Origin: Anaeromyxobacteraceae bacterium
GTDB taxonomy: Bacteria > Myxococcota > Myxococcia > Myxococcales > Anaeromyxobacteraceae
DNA length: 64,000 bases
NCBI GenBank assembly: GCA_032654565.1
Contig: JAULAX010000009.1
Coordinates: forward strand, 160,001-224,000
Reading direction: 5' to 3'
Of this stretch, positions 46,855 through 56,870 are shown in pieces; within the stretch, counting starts at the first letter, position 1; each line of letters starts with the position of its first letter. Made by a program: the position numbers and the translations under genes. The notes under the pieces were generated by a model. The model worked only from the letters and a program-made list of their open reading frames with translations. It had not been told where the DNA came from and ran no database searches.

Positions 46855-47295
46855 ATGGCGACGACGCTGGCCTGGAGCGAGGAGTTCTCGGTGGGAGTGA
46901 AGGGCATCGATCGGCAGCACCAGGAGTTGCTGGCACGGGTCAACGCGCTGTTCGACGCCATCGGCTCGCGCGAGGCCGGCAGGAGCGTCGACGAGCTGAT
47001 CGTCCACATGGAGAGCTACGTGCACCGCCACTTCCTCTGCGAGGAGAAGCTGATGCGGCGCCACGGCTACCCCGACTACGTGCTGCACCTCGGCCACCAC
47101 CAGCACTTCATCGAGGAGCTGGCCAGGATCGAGAAGATGTACGACCGCTCCGGACTCTCCCCGGAGCTGGTCACCCGGATGGCCGGCTACATCACCGACT
47201 GGCTCTCGCAGCACTTCGTCGTCGACGACCGGCGGCTGGCGGAGTACCTGCGGGCCCAGCGGGCCCTCCTGCACCCGGCCAGCTCGGCGGCCTGA
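46855..47295 (+). CDS. Bacteriohemerythrin
   Basis: W..EFSVGV..ID.QH, HFLCEEKLM, H..HH.HF, WLSQHFVVDD. Confidence 0.93.
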   Translation: MATTLAWSEEFSVGVKGIDRQHQELLARVNALFDAIGSREAGRSVDELIVHMESYVHRHFLCEEKLMRRHGYPDYVLHLGHHQHFIEELARIEKMYDRSGLSPELVTRMAGYITDWLSQHFVVDDRRLAEYLRAQRALLHPASSAA

Positions 47296-47339
47296 CCGCC
47301 GCTGGAGGACCGGGGTGCGGAGGGCGACCGCGCCGAACG

Positions 47340-47852
47340 CTACCCGGCGTGGCTTTCCGCCGCCGGGGCTTCCTTGGCCGTCGCGCTCCCCTCGACGGGG
47401 ACCCCGGCTTTCTGCTCGGCGATCAGCGCGGCCTCCGCGGCCTTGGCCTGCTTCTCCTGCCAGGCCCGGTAGTGCCGTGCGAACTGGGCATCGAGCCCCC
47501 GGATGTGGAGCTTGAGCCAGGGGGCCAGCCGGGAGCCGAACCAGAGCTGGAAGCGCGGGCTCAGGCCGGCGGCCGGGAACTCGCTGGCGACCCCCTGGAG
47601 CTCGCGGAGGTAGGCGGCGTGCGCCTCGGCGTGCGGGCCCCGCTCCCGGTAGGCGCTCTCCTCCATCAGCCGCTCCTCCGCCGTGAAGTGCTAACTGAGG
47701 TCGGCGACCACCGACGTCAGCGTGGCGGCGACGACCGGGGCGTTCCCCTTCTGCACGGCCTCGAGCGCCACCTTGATCTGGTGGTCGAGCGCCCGATGCG
47801 CCTCGTCCATCTCCTGCACGCCCACGTCCAGGTTCGGGTTCCACGGTTCCAT
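47340..47852 (-). pseudogene. Hemerythrin-like gene interrupted by an in-frame TAG
   Basis: MEPWNPNLDVGVQEMDEAH...VADLS*HFTAEERLM..H..AH..WLKLHIRGLD; TAG at 47691-47693; RBS GGAGGGAG. Confidence 0.85.
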
Positions 47853-48112
47853 CGTGCTCCCTCCAGCGCCGAAGGTAGGGACCGCCGATGCGAGCGGCAA
47901 CGGCCCGGGCAGGTCGGCGTCCGGTCGGTATCGCCCGACCGACTCTCCCTCCGGGCCACCGGTCGTTGACGCGGACCCCGCCGCCCGTCAGGTGGGCGAG
48001 CCATTCGGCTGACGGGCCGGCCCGGACGACAGCCTCGAGCGCGGCGCGACCCGCGACCCAACCGTTCGCGCCGACTGGGGAATCCAGCCGGCCTCCGGAC
48101 CCCCTTCCCTCG

Positions 48113-48128
48113 TGGCATTTGACTTGCT
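48113..48128 (+). promoter_or_regulatory. Sigma54 -24/-12 promoter of the GGDEF gene
   Basis: TGGCATTTGACTTGCT, close to consensus TGGCAC-N5-TTGCW. Confidence 0.75.
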
Positions 48129-48189
48129 TTATCGCCATCGCTGGGTCGTGACGACAAGTGGTCTGGACGGGGAAGACGAGGAGACGAAC

Positions 48190-49155
48190 ATGCCAGTCGC
48201 AGCGGTCCAGGCCAGAGAGAGCGATTCACAACGAGCGGAAGCCGGGTCGCTCGACGGCTCCGGCCTGCACCTGCGCCTGGACCATGGCCAGGCGCTGCGC
48301 TGCCAGCCCGAGGACGCGCTCGGCGCCGCGCGCCAGCTCTTCGAATCCTGGCTGCGAACCTGCATCCGCACCACGCTGGGGCGCGGCCCTGCCGCCCCTG
48401 GAACCCCCCTCCCCCGGGCCGCCATCCTGGGCACCGTCGAGAAGGGGCAGTCCCCCTCCTCGTCGAACAAGGAGTCCCGCCGGCTCCTCCGCCTCCTCTC
48501 CGACCGGTTGAAGCACCTCGACGGCCTGCTCCGCCGGTCCGCCGCCCCCGGCGCCACGCCCCCGGAGCTCGGGGCCCTGGTGCTCGAGGGCGCGCTGACG
48601 GTCCTCTCCGCCTTCGCCGGCCTGGAGGCCGAGCAGGCGGCGCTGCGGGCCTCGGCCGACCCGCTCACCGGGCTGGGCGGGCGCCGCGTCATGGAAGACC
48701 GGCTCGACCAGGAGCGGTCGCGAACGGCCCGCGAGGGCCGCCACTGCGCCCTCGCCCTGATCGACGTCGACCACTTCAAGAAGGTCAACGACTCCCACGG
48801 CCACGCCGTCGGGGACCAGGTCCTGGTCGGCTTCGCCGGCATCCTCCAGGAGAGCCTTCGCTCCTATGACGGCGTCTATCGCTACGGCGGCGAGGAGTTC
48901 GTGCTCTGCCTCCCCGGCGTCGACCTGGCCGTCGCCCACCGCATGGTCGAGCGGATCAGGAAGACCCTCTCGCGCACCCCCTTCGAGACCAGCTCCGGTC
49001 AGCCCTTCTTCGTGAGCTTCTCGGCCGGCATCGCCGAGATCTCGCCGCACCTGGCGACGTCCCGGTCCCTGGCGCTGGCCGACGCCGCCCTCTACCGGGC
49101 CAAGTCGGCGGGCCGGAACCGGGTCTTCCTCTCCGAGCAGCACGCCGCGGCATGA
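48190..49155 (+). CDS. Diguanylate cyclase (GGEEF) with I-site
   Basis: DPLTGL, IDVDHFKKVNDSHGHAVGD, RSYD..YRYGGEEF, ADAALYRAK..GRN. Confidence 0.93.
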   Translation: MPVAAVQARESDSQRAEAGSLDGSGLHLRLDHGQALRCQPEDALGAARQLFESWLRTCIRTTLGRGPAAPGTPLPRAAILGTVEKGQSPSSSNKESRRLLRLLSDRLKHLDGLLRRSAAPGATPPELGALVLEGALTVLSAFAGLEAEQAALRASADPLTGLGGRRVMEDRLDQERSRTAREGRHCALALIDVDHFKKVNDSHGHAVGDQVLVGFAGILQESLRSYDGVYRYGGEEFVLCLPGVDLAVAHRMVERIRKTLSRTPFETSSGQPFFVSFSAGIAEISPHLATSRSLALADAALYRAKSAGRNRVFLSEQHAAA

Positions 49156-49299
49156 TCCTGGCGGCCTCCCGGCCGCCTCGCCGCTGAGTCATGATCAGGG
49201 TCCCCGACCTGCGCTGGGTTGTCCGCCACCCTGACCACTCCGGGTCATCGCTTCAACCCAAGCACCTGGAATTGCGGGCTGTCAGGAGTCCGGCGTCAA

Positions 49300-49315
49300 C
49301 GGCACACACCTTGCT
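49300..49315 (+). promoter_or_regulatory. Sigma54 -24/-12 promoter upstream of the first enhancer-binding protein
   Basis: CGGCACACACCTTGCT (GGCAC-N5-TTGC), 45 nt before ATG 49360. Confidence 0.7.
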
Positions 49316-49359
49316 TTTCCCCCGTCAATCGCCCGACACCGGGCGTCAAGGGGGAAGCG

Positions 49360-50490
49360 ATGGACCGTTCAGCTTGTGCGCGGAGTTCGGAGCCGGAACC
49401 GACGGGCCTGGTCCACGCCCCGAATTCACCCATCGTCGGCGTCATCCGCGGATGCGTCCGCATCGCCCAGAGCGACGCCACCGTCCTCATCACCGGCGAG
49501 ACCGGCACCGGGAAGGAGGTCTTCGCCCGCCTGGTCCACGAGCGCAGCCGGCGCGCCCACCACCCCATGGTCCCGGTCAACTGCGCCGCCATCCCGGAGG
49601 CCCTCCTGGAGAGCGAGCTCTTCGGTCACGTGCGCGGCGCCTTCACCGGCGCGGTGACCAGCCGCCGTGGCCGCATCGCCGCCGCCCAGGGCGGCACCCT
49701 CTTCCTCGACGAGATCGGCGACCTGCCGCTCCCCCTCCAGGTGAAGCTGCTCCGCGTCCTCCAGGAGCGCGCCTACGAGCCGGTCGGCTCGACCGAGTCG
49801 GTGCCCGCCGACTTCCGCCTGGTCGCGGCCACCAACCGCGATCTCGCCGCCGAGGTGGAGGCCGGGACCTTCCGCCGCGACCTCTACTACCGCCTGCTGG
49901 TCTGCCCGGTGGAACTTCCCCCGTTGCGGGAACGCCGCCAGGACGTCTCCCCGCTCTTCGAGCACTTCTGGTCCCGTCGCGGCGACCGGCGCCCCGTCGA
50001 GCCCGACCTGCTGCGGCTCCTGGAGAACCACCCCTGGCCCGGAAACGTCCGGGAGCTGGAGAACCTGGTCGAGCGGCTCGCCGTCTGCTCCGACGGGAAC
50101 TCCATCGGCGTCGGCGACCTGCCCCGCCACCTGCGCGTCGAGCGCCCTCCGGTCCCGCTCTCCGTGGTCCCTCACTTCGCCGCCGACGCCGCGGCCCGGG
50201 CCGTGACGACGTCGAACGACTGGGACCATCCCCGCGAGGAGGCCGCGCCGCGATCCTCCCCGGGAGGGTTCCCGTCCGGTCCGGTCCCGACCCCTCCGCC
50301 GCTCCCGCACTTCGACGGCCAGACCATCGACCTGCCGACGCTGCTTCGTCGCATGGAGGAGTCCTTCATCGACGCCGCCCTGACCCACACCGCCGGCAAC
50401 AAGAAGGCCGCCGCCGACCTGCTCGGGCTTCAGCGGACCACCCTGGTGGAGAAGTTGCGGCGCCGGACCCGCGACGCGCCTGTTTGCTGA
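49360..50490 (+). CDS. Sigma54 enhancer-binding protein without sensory domain (FleQ/FlrA-like position)
   Basis: GETGTGKE, ESELFGHVRGAFTGA, FLDEIG, WPGNVRELEN, Fis-type HTH GNKKAAADLLGLQRTTLVEKL. Confidence 0.92.
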   Translation: MDRSACARSSEPEPTGLVHAPNSPIVGVIRGCVRIAQSDATVLITGETGTGKEVFARLVHERSRRAHHPMVPVNCAAIPEALLESELFGHVRGAFTGAVTSRRGRIAAAQGGTLFLDEIGDLPLPLQVKLLRVLQERAYEPVGSTESVPADFRLVAATNRDLAAEVEAGTFRRDLYYRLLVCPVELPPLRERRQDVSPLFEHFWSRRGDRRPVEPDLLRLLENHPWPGNVRELENLVERLAVCSDGNSIGVGDLPRHLRVERPPVPLSVVPHFAADAAARAVTTSNDWDHPREEAAPRSSPGGFPSGPVPTPPPLPHFDGQTIDLPTLLRRMEESFIDAALTHTAGNKKAAADLLGLQRTTLVEKLRRRTRDAPVC

Positions 50491-50575
50491 CGCTCTCGCC
50501 GGGGACAACCCCTTGGAATCCCACCCATACGCCAGGCGCAGTCGCCGCGCATGCCCGTTGCAAAAGGGCAGATCC

Positions 50576-51889
50576 ATGGCGCTCTCCGTCGCCCTCTTGA
50601 CGCTCCTCCTGCCCGCCGCCGCCCAGGCCGGGCTCGATCTGACGCACACGCTGGAGCGCTTCCCCCTGAAGGGAGGCGGCCGGGGCCTGACCGTCCGCGC
50701 CGAGCCGATGGCGGGCCGGGTCATCGTGGAGGGACCCGGCGTGGCCGCGCTGGCGCAGGAGCTCCGCGCGCCCACCCGGACGCTCTGCACCGACGTGTCG
50801 GTGCAGGACGAGACCGTGGTGCTGCGCTGCAGGTCCAAGCAGATCGCCGCGTCCATCGCCCCGCACGCGGGCGGCCAGAGCCTCGAGATCCGCTTCCTCC
50901 GCGTCGCCCCGTGGTCGGGTCGCGACGGCCTGCCGCTGGTCCCGTTCGATCCCTTCCGCCTCGACCTGGGGGCCAGCTGCCCGGGCGACACGCCGGCGGG
51001 CTCCGGTGAGTGTGCGCTGGCCGCCGGACAGCTCAAGGAGGCCCGGGAGCACTTCCTGGCGGCGACCGAGGGGGCCGGGGCAGCGCTCGCCGCGCTGCGC
51101 CTCGGCGACTTCGCGGCGCACGAGGGCGATCTGCCCGAGGCGATCAGGCGGTGGCGCCAGGTCCCGCCGCGCTCACCCTTCGGCCGCCTGGCCGCGGTGC
51201 GGCTCTGCGAGACGGAGCCCGACTGCCTCCCCACCGGCCGGTCCTCCATCCTCTTCGACGCCGCCGCGGTCGGACCGGCCCTTCGTCCGGACCTGCTCCT
51301 GCGCCGGGCCAGGCACGACGCCTTCGCCGGCCGGGCGCTCGAGGGCGCCCAGAGCCTCACCGGCGAGTACGGAGCCGGGGGGGCCTGCTCGGCCGAGCCG
51401 GAGCTCTGCGGCGACATCCTGCTCGAGGCCCTGAAGCAGCCCGGCCCGCGCGGCACGCAGGCGCTGGCCATCTACCTCGCCACGCCCTCGCGGGACCGGG
51501 GGCCGGTCGCCATCGAGCTGGCCCGGGCCGCCTCGGAGCGCAGCCTGGCGGCCGGGGCGCCGGTCTTCGCCGCCAACCTCCTGTCGCTGGTCTCTGGTGT
51601 CGTGACCACGGCCCAGCTCCCCGATCACCTCGCCCGGACCGCCGAGCTCTACCTCGAGGGCGGCGATCCGGTCCGGGCCTCGGTGGTGGTGGAGTTCGCC
51701 CGCACCCGCCTCGGCCGGCCCGAGCTCGCCTCGCCGCGCTGGACCCGCATCGCCAAGGGGGCCTCCACCCGGGCCCCGGCGAAGGTGGCGGCGCCTCGCC
51801 AGGATCTCTCCGGCATCGAGGCCGAGCTCGGACACTCCGGCCGCGCCATCGAGACGGCGCGCGACCAGGTCACCAGGAGCACCCCGTGA
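50576..51889 (+). CDS. Exported hypothetical protein with TPR-like helical repeats
   Basis: Signal peptide (AAAQA); Ala-rich helical repeats; several Cys; GTGA coupling to the next gene. Confidence 0.6.
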   Translation: MALSVALLTLLLPAAAQAGLDLTHTLERFPLKGGGRGLTVRAEPMAGRVIVEGPGVAALAQELRAPTRTLCTDVSVQDETVVLRCRSKQIAASIAPHAGGQSLEIRFLRVAPWSGRDGLPLVPFDPFRLDLGASCPGDTPAGSGECALAAGQLKEAREHFLAATEGAGAALAALRLGDFAAHEGDLPEAIRRWRQVPPRSPFGRLAAVRLCETEPDCLPTGRSSILFDAAAVGPALRPDLLLRRARHDAFAGRALEGAQSLTGEYGAGGACSAEPELCGDILLEALKQPGPRGTQALAIYLATPSRDRGPVAIELARAASERSLAAGAPVFAANLLSLVSGVVTTAQLPDHLARTAELYLEGGDPVRASVVVEFARTRLGRPELASPRWTRIAKGASTRAPAKVAAPRQDLSGIEAELGHSGRAIETARDQVTRSTP

Positions 51890-53001
51890 TCGCCGCCCGC
51901 GCCACGGCGCTCTCTCCAGTCCCGGTGGCCGGGCCCCCGGCGCCGGTGGCCCGCTCCGTGGCGATGCGCGAGCTGATGGCCGCCGTCGACGACGTGGCCC
52001 AGACCCCCACCACGGTCCTCCTGCTCGGCGAGAGCGGCACCGGCAAGGAGGTGGTGGCGCGCTACATCCACCGGCGCTCCACCCGATCCAGCGGCCCCTG
52101 GGTGGCCGTCAACTGCGCGGCGCTCCCGGCCGACCTGCTGGAGAGCGAGCTCTTCGGACACGAGCGCGGCGCCTTCACCGGCGCGGGCGAGCGGCGCCTC
52201 GGCCGCTTCGAGCAGGCCAGCGGCGGGACCCTGCTGCTCGACGAGGTCTCCGAGCTGCCCCTGCCGCTCCAGGCCAAGCTGCTGCGCGCCATCCAGGAGC
52301 GGGAGGTCGATCGGGTCGGCGGCCACGCCCCGGTGCCCGTCGACGTCCGCATCATCGCCGCCTCCAACCGTGACATGGCCGGGATGGTGGCGCGCGGAGG
52401 CTTCCGCTCCGACCTCTACTACCGCCTCAACGTCTTCCCCGTCACCATCCCGCCGCTGCGGGAGCGGCGTGCGGACCTGCAGCCGCTCGTCGAGGAGCTG
52501 CTCACCGAGATCGCCGGAGGGATGGGGCGACCCTCTCCCGCCGTGGGACCCGGCGTGATCCCGCTCCTGGCGGACCTGCCACTTCCCGGCAACGTCCGCG
52601 AGCTGGGCAACCTGCTGGAGCGGGCGCTGGTGCGCTGCCACGGGGGGCTCCTCGACGTCGGCCACCTGCAGACGGTCCTGCCCCGGCCCCAGGCCATCCC
52701 CCCCGCGCCAGACGGGCTCCCCGGCGGGCTGCCGCTGGACCTCGGGGCGCTGGAGCGGCTCGCCATCTGCGAGGCGCTGCGGCGCGTGAACGGCAACAGG
52801 ACCCACGCGGCCCGCCTCCTCGGCATTGGTCTCCGCACCCTCCGCAACAAGCTCAAGGCCTGGCGCGAGGGGGAGGCTCCGCTCGCGGCCGTTGCGGCCG
52901 ATGGGCACTTCCTGCCCGGCGAGTTCGGCCTCTCGACCGGCTGCAGCCCGTGCCTGCTGGTCCCGCCGCCGGCACGCCTCTCGCAGGAGCGTGGAGCATG
53001 A
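51886..53001 (+). CDS. Sigma54 enhancer-binding protein without receiver (FleR/FlrC-like position)
   Basis: [61 protein letters not shown]. Confidence 0.92.
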   Translation: MIAARATALSPVPVAGPPAPVARSVAMRELMAAVDDVAQTPTTVLLLGESGTGKEVVARYIHRRSTRSSGPWVAVNCAALPADLLESELFGHERGAFTGAGERRLGRFEQASGGTLLLDEVSELPLPLQAKLLRAIQEREVDRVGGHAPVPVDVRIIAASNRDMAGMVARGGFRSDLYYRLNVFPVTIPPLRERRADLQPLVEELLTEIAGGMGRPSPAVGPGVIPLLADLPLPGNVRELGNLLERALVRCHGGLLDVGHLQTVLPRPQAIPPAPDGLPGGLPLDLGALERLAICEALRRVNGNRTHAARLLGIGLRTLRNKLKAWREGEAPLAAVAADGHFLPGEFGLSTGCSPCLLVPPPARLSQERGA

Positions 53002-53465
53002 GGATCTTCGACCAGACCTTCAGGACCCTCGAGCGAGCCCTCGACGCCCGCTTGACCCGACAGGGCGTCCTGGCCGGGAACCTGGCCAACGTCGACACAC
53101 CGGGATTCATCCCCCGGGAGTTCGACTTCGCCAAGGCCATGGGAGAGGGCGGCGCAGCCAGGCCGGGAGGCGCCCTGGCCGCCGGCAGCGCCGACGCCGT
53201 CGCCTTGCCCGCCAGCGGCGAGCTGCCGCTCGACCTGGGCACGCGAACCCTCCCGCTCCCGGGCGCCTCGTCCGGGCCGGGCGGGCCCTCCTCCGACCTC
53301 GCCAGCGGCGTCTCGAACGCGCCCGGGCTCGATGGCAACGCCGTCGACGCCGACCGGACCCTGGTGGCGCTCTCCGAGAACGCCATCCACTACGGCGCGG
53401 CCGCCAAGGCCATCGCCAAGAAGTTCGCCATCCTCCGCTACGTGGCCTCGGACGGGAACGCCTAG
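52998..53465 (+). CDS. flgB: Flagellar basal body rod protein FlgB
   Basis: [23 protein letters not shown] overlap with the upstream gene. Confidence 0.93.
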   Translation: MRIFDQTFRTLERALDARLTRQGVLAGNLANVDTPGFIPREFDFAKAMGEGGAARPGGALAAGSADAVALPASGELPLDLGTRTLPLPGASSGPGGPSSDLASGVSNAPGLDGNAVDADRTLVALSENAIHYGAAAKAIAKKFAILRYVASDGNA

Positions 53466-53479
53466 CCGAAGGGGAACAC

Positions 53480-53920
53480 ATGGACTTCTTCTCTGCCCTC
53501 CGCATCAGCGCCACCGGCCTCTCGGCCGAGCGGGTCCGCGTCAACCTGGCCTCCTCCAACCTGGCCAACGCCGAGTCGACGCGCGGCCCCAACGGCCTGC
53601 CGTACCGCCGCCTCGATCCGGTCCTCGAGGCCACGCCGTTCGAGGGGGCGCTGGGCGCCGCCGGTGGCCTCGACACCGGCGGTGGCGGTCCGGCCGGCGT
53701 CCGGGTCGCCCGCATCGTCGAGGACCCCGGCGCCGGGAAGCGGGTCTTCAACCCGGCGCACCCGGACGCCAGCGACGACGGCTACGTGACCCTCCCCAAC
53801 GTCAACCCCATCCACGAGATCGTCAACCTGATCTCGGCCCAGAAGGCCTACGACGCCAACGCCAGCGCCGTGGACACGCTCAAGAGCATGGCCGCACGCG
53901 CGCTCGACATCGCGAGGTGA
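53480..53920 (+). CDS. flgC: Flagellar basal body rod protein FlgC
   Basis: SATGLSAERVR..SSNLANAESTR, PYRR, PAHPDA..GYV.LPNVN, YDAN. Confidence 0.95.
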   Translation: MDFFSALRISATGLSAERVRVNLASSNLANAESTRGPNGLPYRRLDPVLEATPFEGALGAAGGLDTGGGGPAGVRVARIVEDPGAGKRVFNPAHPDASDDGYVTLPNVNPIHEIVNLISAQKAYDANASAVDTLKSMAARALDIAR

Positions 53921-53922
53921 CC

Positions 53923-54213
53923 GTGAACGCCATCCAGCCAGTCCAGGTCTCGATCCCCTCCTCCGGCGAGGCCGGCAGCTCGCCCCAGCTGAAGGGCGCC
54001 AGCTTCGCCGACGAGCTGGGGCGGGCCCTGGGTGCCGTCGAGCGGTCCCAGCTCGACGCCGACCTCCAGGCGAGCCGGACCGCCCTCGGGGGCGGCAACC
54101 TCCACGAGACCGCCATCGCGCTCGAGGAGGCCGACATCTCGATGCGGGTGGCGACCAAGGTCAGGAACAAGCTGGTCGAGGCCTACCAGGAAGTCATGCG
54201 GATGAGCGTCTAA
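53923..54213 (+). CDS. fliE: Flagellar hook-basal body protein FliE
   Basis: SFADEL..LHE..IALEEA..VRNKLVEAYQEVMRMSV. Alternative GTG start at 53917. Confidence 0.93.
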   Translation: MNAIQPVQVSIPSSGEAGSSPQLKGASFADELGRALGAVERSQLDADLQASRTALGGGNLHETAIALEEADISMRVATKVRNKLVEAYQEVMRMSV

Positions 54214-54244
54214 CCCCAGGCCCGCCTCCCAGGCACCCCAGACC

Positions 54245-55834
54245 ATGGAACCCGTCCTCCAGCAGCTCCGCAGGCTCCCAGAGCAGTTCAGCGCCCTGCC
54301 CGGCGCGGTGCGCGTCGTCCTCTTCGTGGCGGCCCTCACCGGGATCGGTGTCGCCGCCTGGAACGCGGTCCAGGGCAGCGAGAGCTGGCCCTACGCCTTC
54401 ACCAACCTCACGCCGGAGGATTCCTCGGAGGCCGCCGGCGCGCTCAAGACCGCCCAGATCCCCTTCCGGCTCGACGCCGGGGGCACGGCGCTCGCCGTCC
54501 CGGCCGCCAAGGTGTACGACGCCAGGCTCCTGCTGGCGGGGGCCGGCCTGCCGCGCGGCGGGGGCGTCGGCTTCGAGATCTTCGACCGCGGCGACCTCGG
54601 CGTCTCCGACTTCACGCAGCGTGTCAACCTGCGGCGCGCCACCGAGGGTGAGCTGGCGCGCACCATCGGCCGCCTCGCCCAGGTCCGATCGGCCCGCGTC
54701 CACCTCACCCTGCCGGACAAGGGGCTCTTCCGCGACGAGGACCGCAAGGCCACCGCCGCGGTGGTGCTCGGTCTGCAGCCGGGCCGCCACCTCGAGGACC
54801 GCGAGATCGCCGGCGTGCGCCACCTCGTCGCCTCGGCGGTCCCCGGGCTGTCGCCGTCGCTGGTCACGGTGGTGGACGGTCGCGGCACCATCCTGGCCGC
54901 CGACTCGGCGTGGAACGAGGCCCAGGGCTGGCAGAAGCATCTCGAGACCGACCTGGAGCGCCGCGTCGTCGACATCCTCGAGCAGGCGGTCGGGAACGGG
55001 GCGGTGGTGGCGCGCGTGTCCGCCACCGTGGACGCCTCCGAGGTCTCGACACAGAGCGAGCTGGTCGACCCCGACGCCACCGCCCTGAAGAGCGAGCGGC
55101 GCCAGTCGGCCAACCAGAGCCAGGACTCCTCCTCGCTCCAGGGCGTGGCCGGAGCCGCGGCCAACCAGCCCCAGCCGCCACAGGCCGTGGCGCAGGGGCC
55201 CGTCAACAAGGGCACCTCGACCTCGCAGGACGAGGTCAAGAACTACGAGGTCTCCCGCACCACCACCCGCACCGTCACCAGGATCCCGCGCCTGCGCCGC
55301 CTCTCGGTGGCGGTGCTGCTCGACGGCGTGGGCGGAAAGGCCCGCCCCGACGCCGAGGTGGCGCGGCTGGGCGAGCTGGCGAAGCGCGCCGTCGGCTTCG
55401 ACGAGGCGCGCGGGGACGTGCTCGACATCTCCAGCTCGCCCTTCGCGCGCGGCGCCGAGACCGAGACCACCGCCGCCGCCTCCGCCGCCGCCCCTGGTCC
55501 CATCCCCGAGCGATGGATCTGGATCGGGGCCGCCGCCGCCGCCCTGGCGCTCCTGATCCTGCTCGGGGCCATCCTGCGCCGGGTCCTCCGCCGCCGCGAT
55601 CGGCCCCAGGACTTCGAGACCGGTCACCACCTCCCCGAGCACCTCGGCGCCGCCGGTGCCCTGCCGCCCGGGATGAACGCCCCCGCCGGCGCCCTCCCCG
55701 CCGCGCCCTTCGACCCGGCCAGGGCGGTGCGGGAGCGCGCCCGGGCGCTGGCCGAGCACGACCCGAACCGGGCCGCCCACATCCTGAAGGGCTGGATGCA
55801 GAACGACGTCCCGGCCGGGGGTTCCCATGTCTGA
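54245..55834 (+). CDS. fliF: Flagellar MS-ring protein FliF
   Basis: GVGFEIFD, RATEGELARTI, ARVHL.LP, RLSVAVL, GFDEARGD; two TM helices. Confidence 0.95.
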   Translation: MEPVLQQLRRLPEQFSALPGAVRVVLFVAALTGIGVAAWNAVQGSESWPYAFTNLTPEDSSEAAGALKTAQIPFRLDAGGTALAVPAAKVYDARLLLAGAGLPRGGGVGFEIFDRGDLGVSDFTQRVNLRRATEGELARTIGRLAQVRSARVHLTLPDKGLFRDEDRKATAAVVLGLQPGRHLEDREIAGVRHLVASAVPGLSPSLVTVVDGRGTILAADSAWNEAQGWQKHLETDLERRVVDILEQAVGNGAVVARVSATVDASEVSTQSELVDPDATALKSERRQSANQSQDSSSLQGVAGAAANQPQPPQAVAQGPVNKGTSTSQDEVKNYEVSRTTTRTVTRIPRLRRLSVAVLLDGVGGKARPDAEVARLGELAKRAVGFDEARGDVLDISSSPFARGAETETTAAASAAAPGPIPERWIWIGAAAAALALLILLGAILRRVLRRRDRPQDFETGHHLPEHLGAAGALPPGMNAPAGALPAAPFDPARAVRERARALAEHDPNRAAHILKGWMQNDVPAGGSHV

Positions 55835-56864
55835 CCCGGGCCTCGCCACCGCCATGCCTGCCGACGAGCCGGTCGGCCAGGGCTCCCTGCGCGCCGCCGC
55901 CGTGCTGCTCGGCCTCGGGCCCGAGATGGCCGCCAGCATCTTCTGCCAGCTCGGCGAGGGCGAGGTCCGCCGCGTGGCGCTCGGCGCCAAGGGGCTGCGC
56001 AAGTCGAGCGCGGCCGCGGTCCCCGAGGCGCTCGACGCCTTCGTGGCCGCGATGCAGTCGGTGGGCGGCGACGCCGGCGCCGGCGACGACGTGCTCCGCG
56101 ACATCGCCACCCGCGCCCTCGGCCACGAGTCGGCCCGCCGCGCCTTCGACGGGATCATGCCTCCGCCGCCGCCCGACGAGGTGCTCGGCCCGGTCTCGCA
56201 GGCCGACCCGGAGTCGCTCTCGATGGTGCTGCAGCTCGAGCAGCCCCAGACCATCGCCCTGGTCCTCTCCGCGCTGGAGCCCTGGCGCGCCGTGGCGGTG
56301 ATCGGGCACCTCCCGGAGGAGCTCCGCCACGGCGTGCTCCGCCGGATGGCCACCATCGAGTCGGTCGCCCCCGAGATCCTGCGAGACGTCGGGCAGGCCC
56401 TCTCGATCGAGCTCAAGGCCCTGGTGGCCGGCGGCATGCGCAAGGTGGACGGCAAGAGCACCGCGCTCGAGATCCTGCGCCGCTCGACGCCGGACGACCA
56501 GGCCACCGTCATCGCCGAGATCGAGCGGGACGACCCGGCGCTGGCCATGGAGCTGCGCGGCCAGCTCTTCACCTTCGGCGACGTGGTCACCCTCGCCGAC
56601 CGCGACCTCCAGGTCCTGCTCCGGGACATCGACAGCAGCAAGCTGGTGCTGGCGCTGCGCGGCGCCACCACCGAGGTGCGGGAGAAGCTGCTCGGCAACC
56701 TCTCGGCTCGCGCCGCCGAGATGATCAACGACGACCTCGCGGCCATGGGTCCCATCAAGCTCTCCCTGGTGGAGGCCGCCCAGGGGGAGATCGCCAAGCT
56801 CGCCCAGGAGCTGGGCCAGCAGGGGCGCATCACCATCCTCAACGGCTCAGAGAAGGTCGTGTAG
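55827..56864 (+). CDS. fliG: Flagellar motor switch protein FliG
   Basis: AAVLLGLG, EQPQTIALVLS, LFTFGD, LALRGA, NLSARAAEMI. Confidence 0.93.
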   Translation: MSDPGLATAMPADEPVGQGSLRAAAVLLGLGPEMAASIFCQLGEGEVRRVALGAKGLRKSSAAAVPEALDAFVAAMQSVGGDAGAGDDVLRDIATRALGHESARRAFDGIMPPPPPDEVLGPVSQADPESLSMVLQLEQPQTIALVLSALEPWRAVAVIGHLPEELRHGVLRRMATIESVAPEILRDVGQALSIELKALVAGGMRKVDGKSTALEILRRSTPDDQATVIAEIERDDPALAMELRGQLFTFGDVVTLADRDLQVLLRDIDSSKLVLALRGATTEVREKLLGNLSARAAEMINDDLAAMGPIKLSLVEAAQGEIAKLAQELGQQGRITILNGSEKVV

Positions 56865-56870
56865 ACCACC

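Noticed and set aside
47691..47693. Pyrrolysine or genome-wide TAG recoding
   Set aside because: TAG is used as a normal stop by many genes here (nuoA, nuoI, nuoL, nuoM, fliG, motA) and no pyl genes are in the window; kept only as a low-probability option.
50545..50562. Sigma54 promoter before the TPR-like gene (CGCGCATGCCCGTTGCA)
   Set aside because: Good -12 element, but the invariant -24 GG is replaced by CG.
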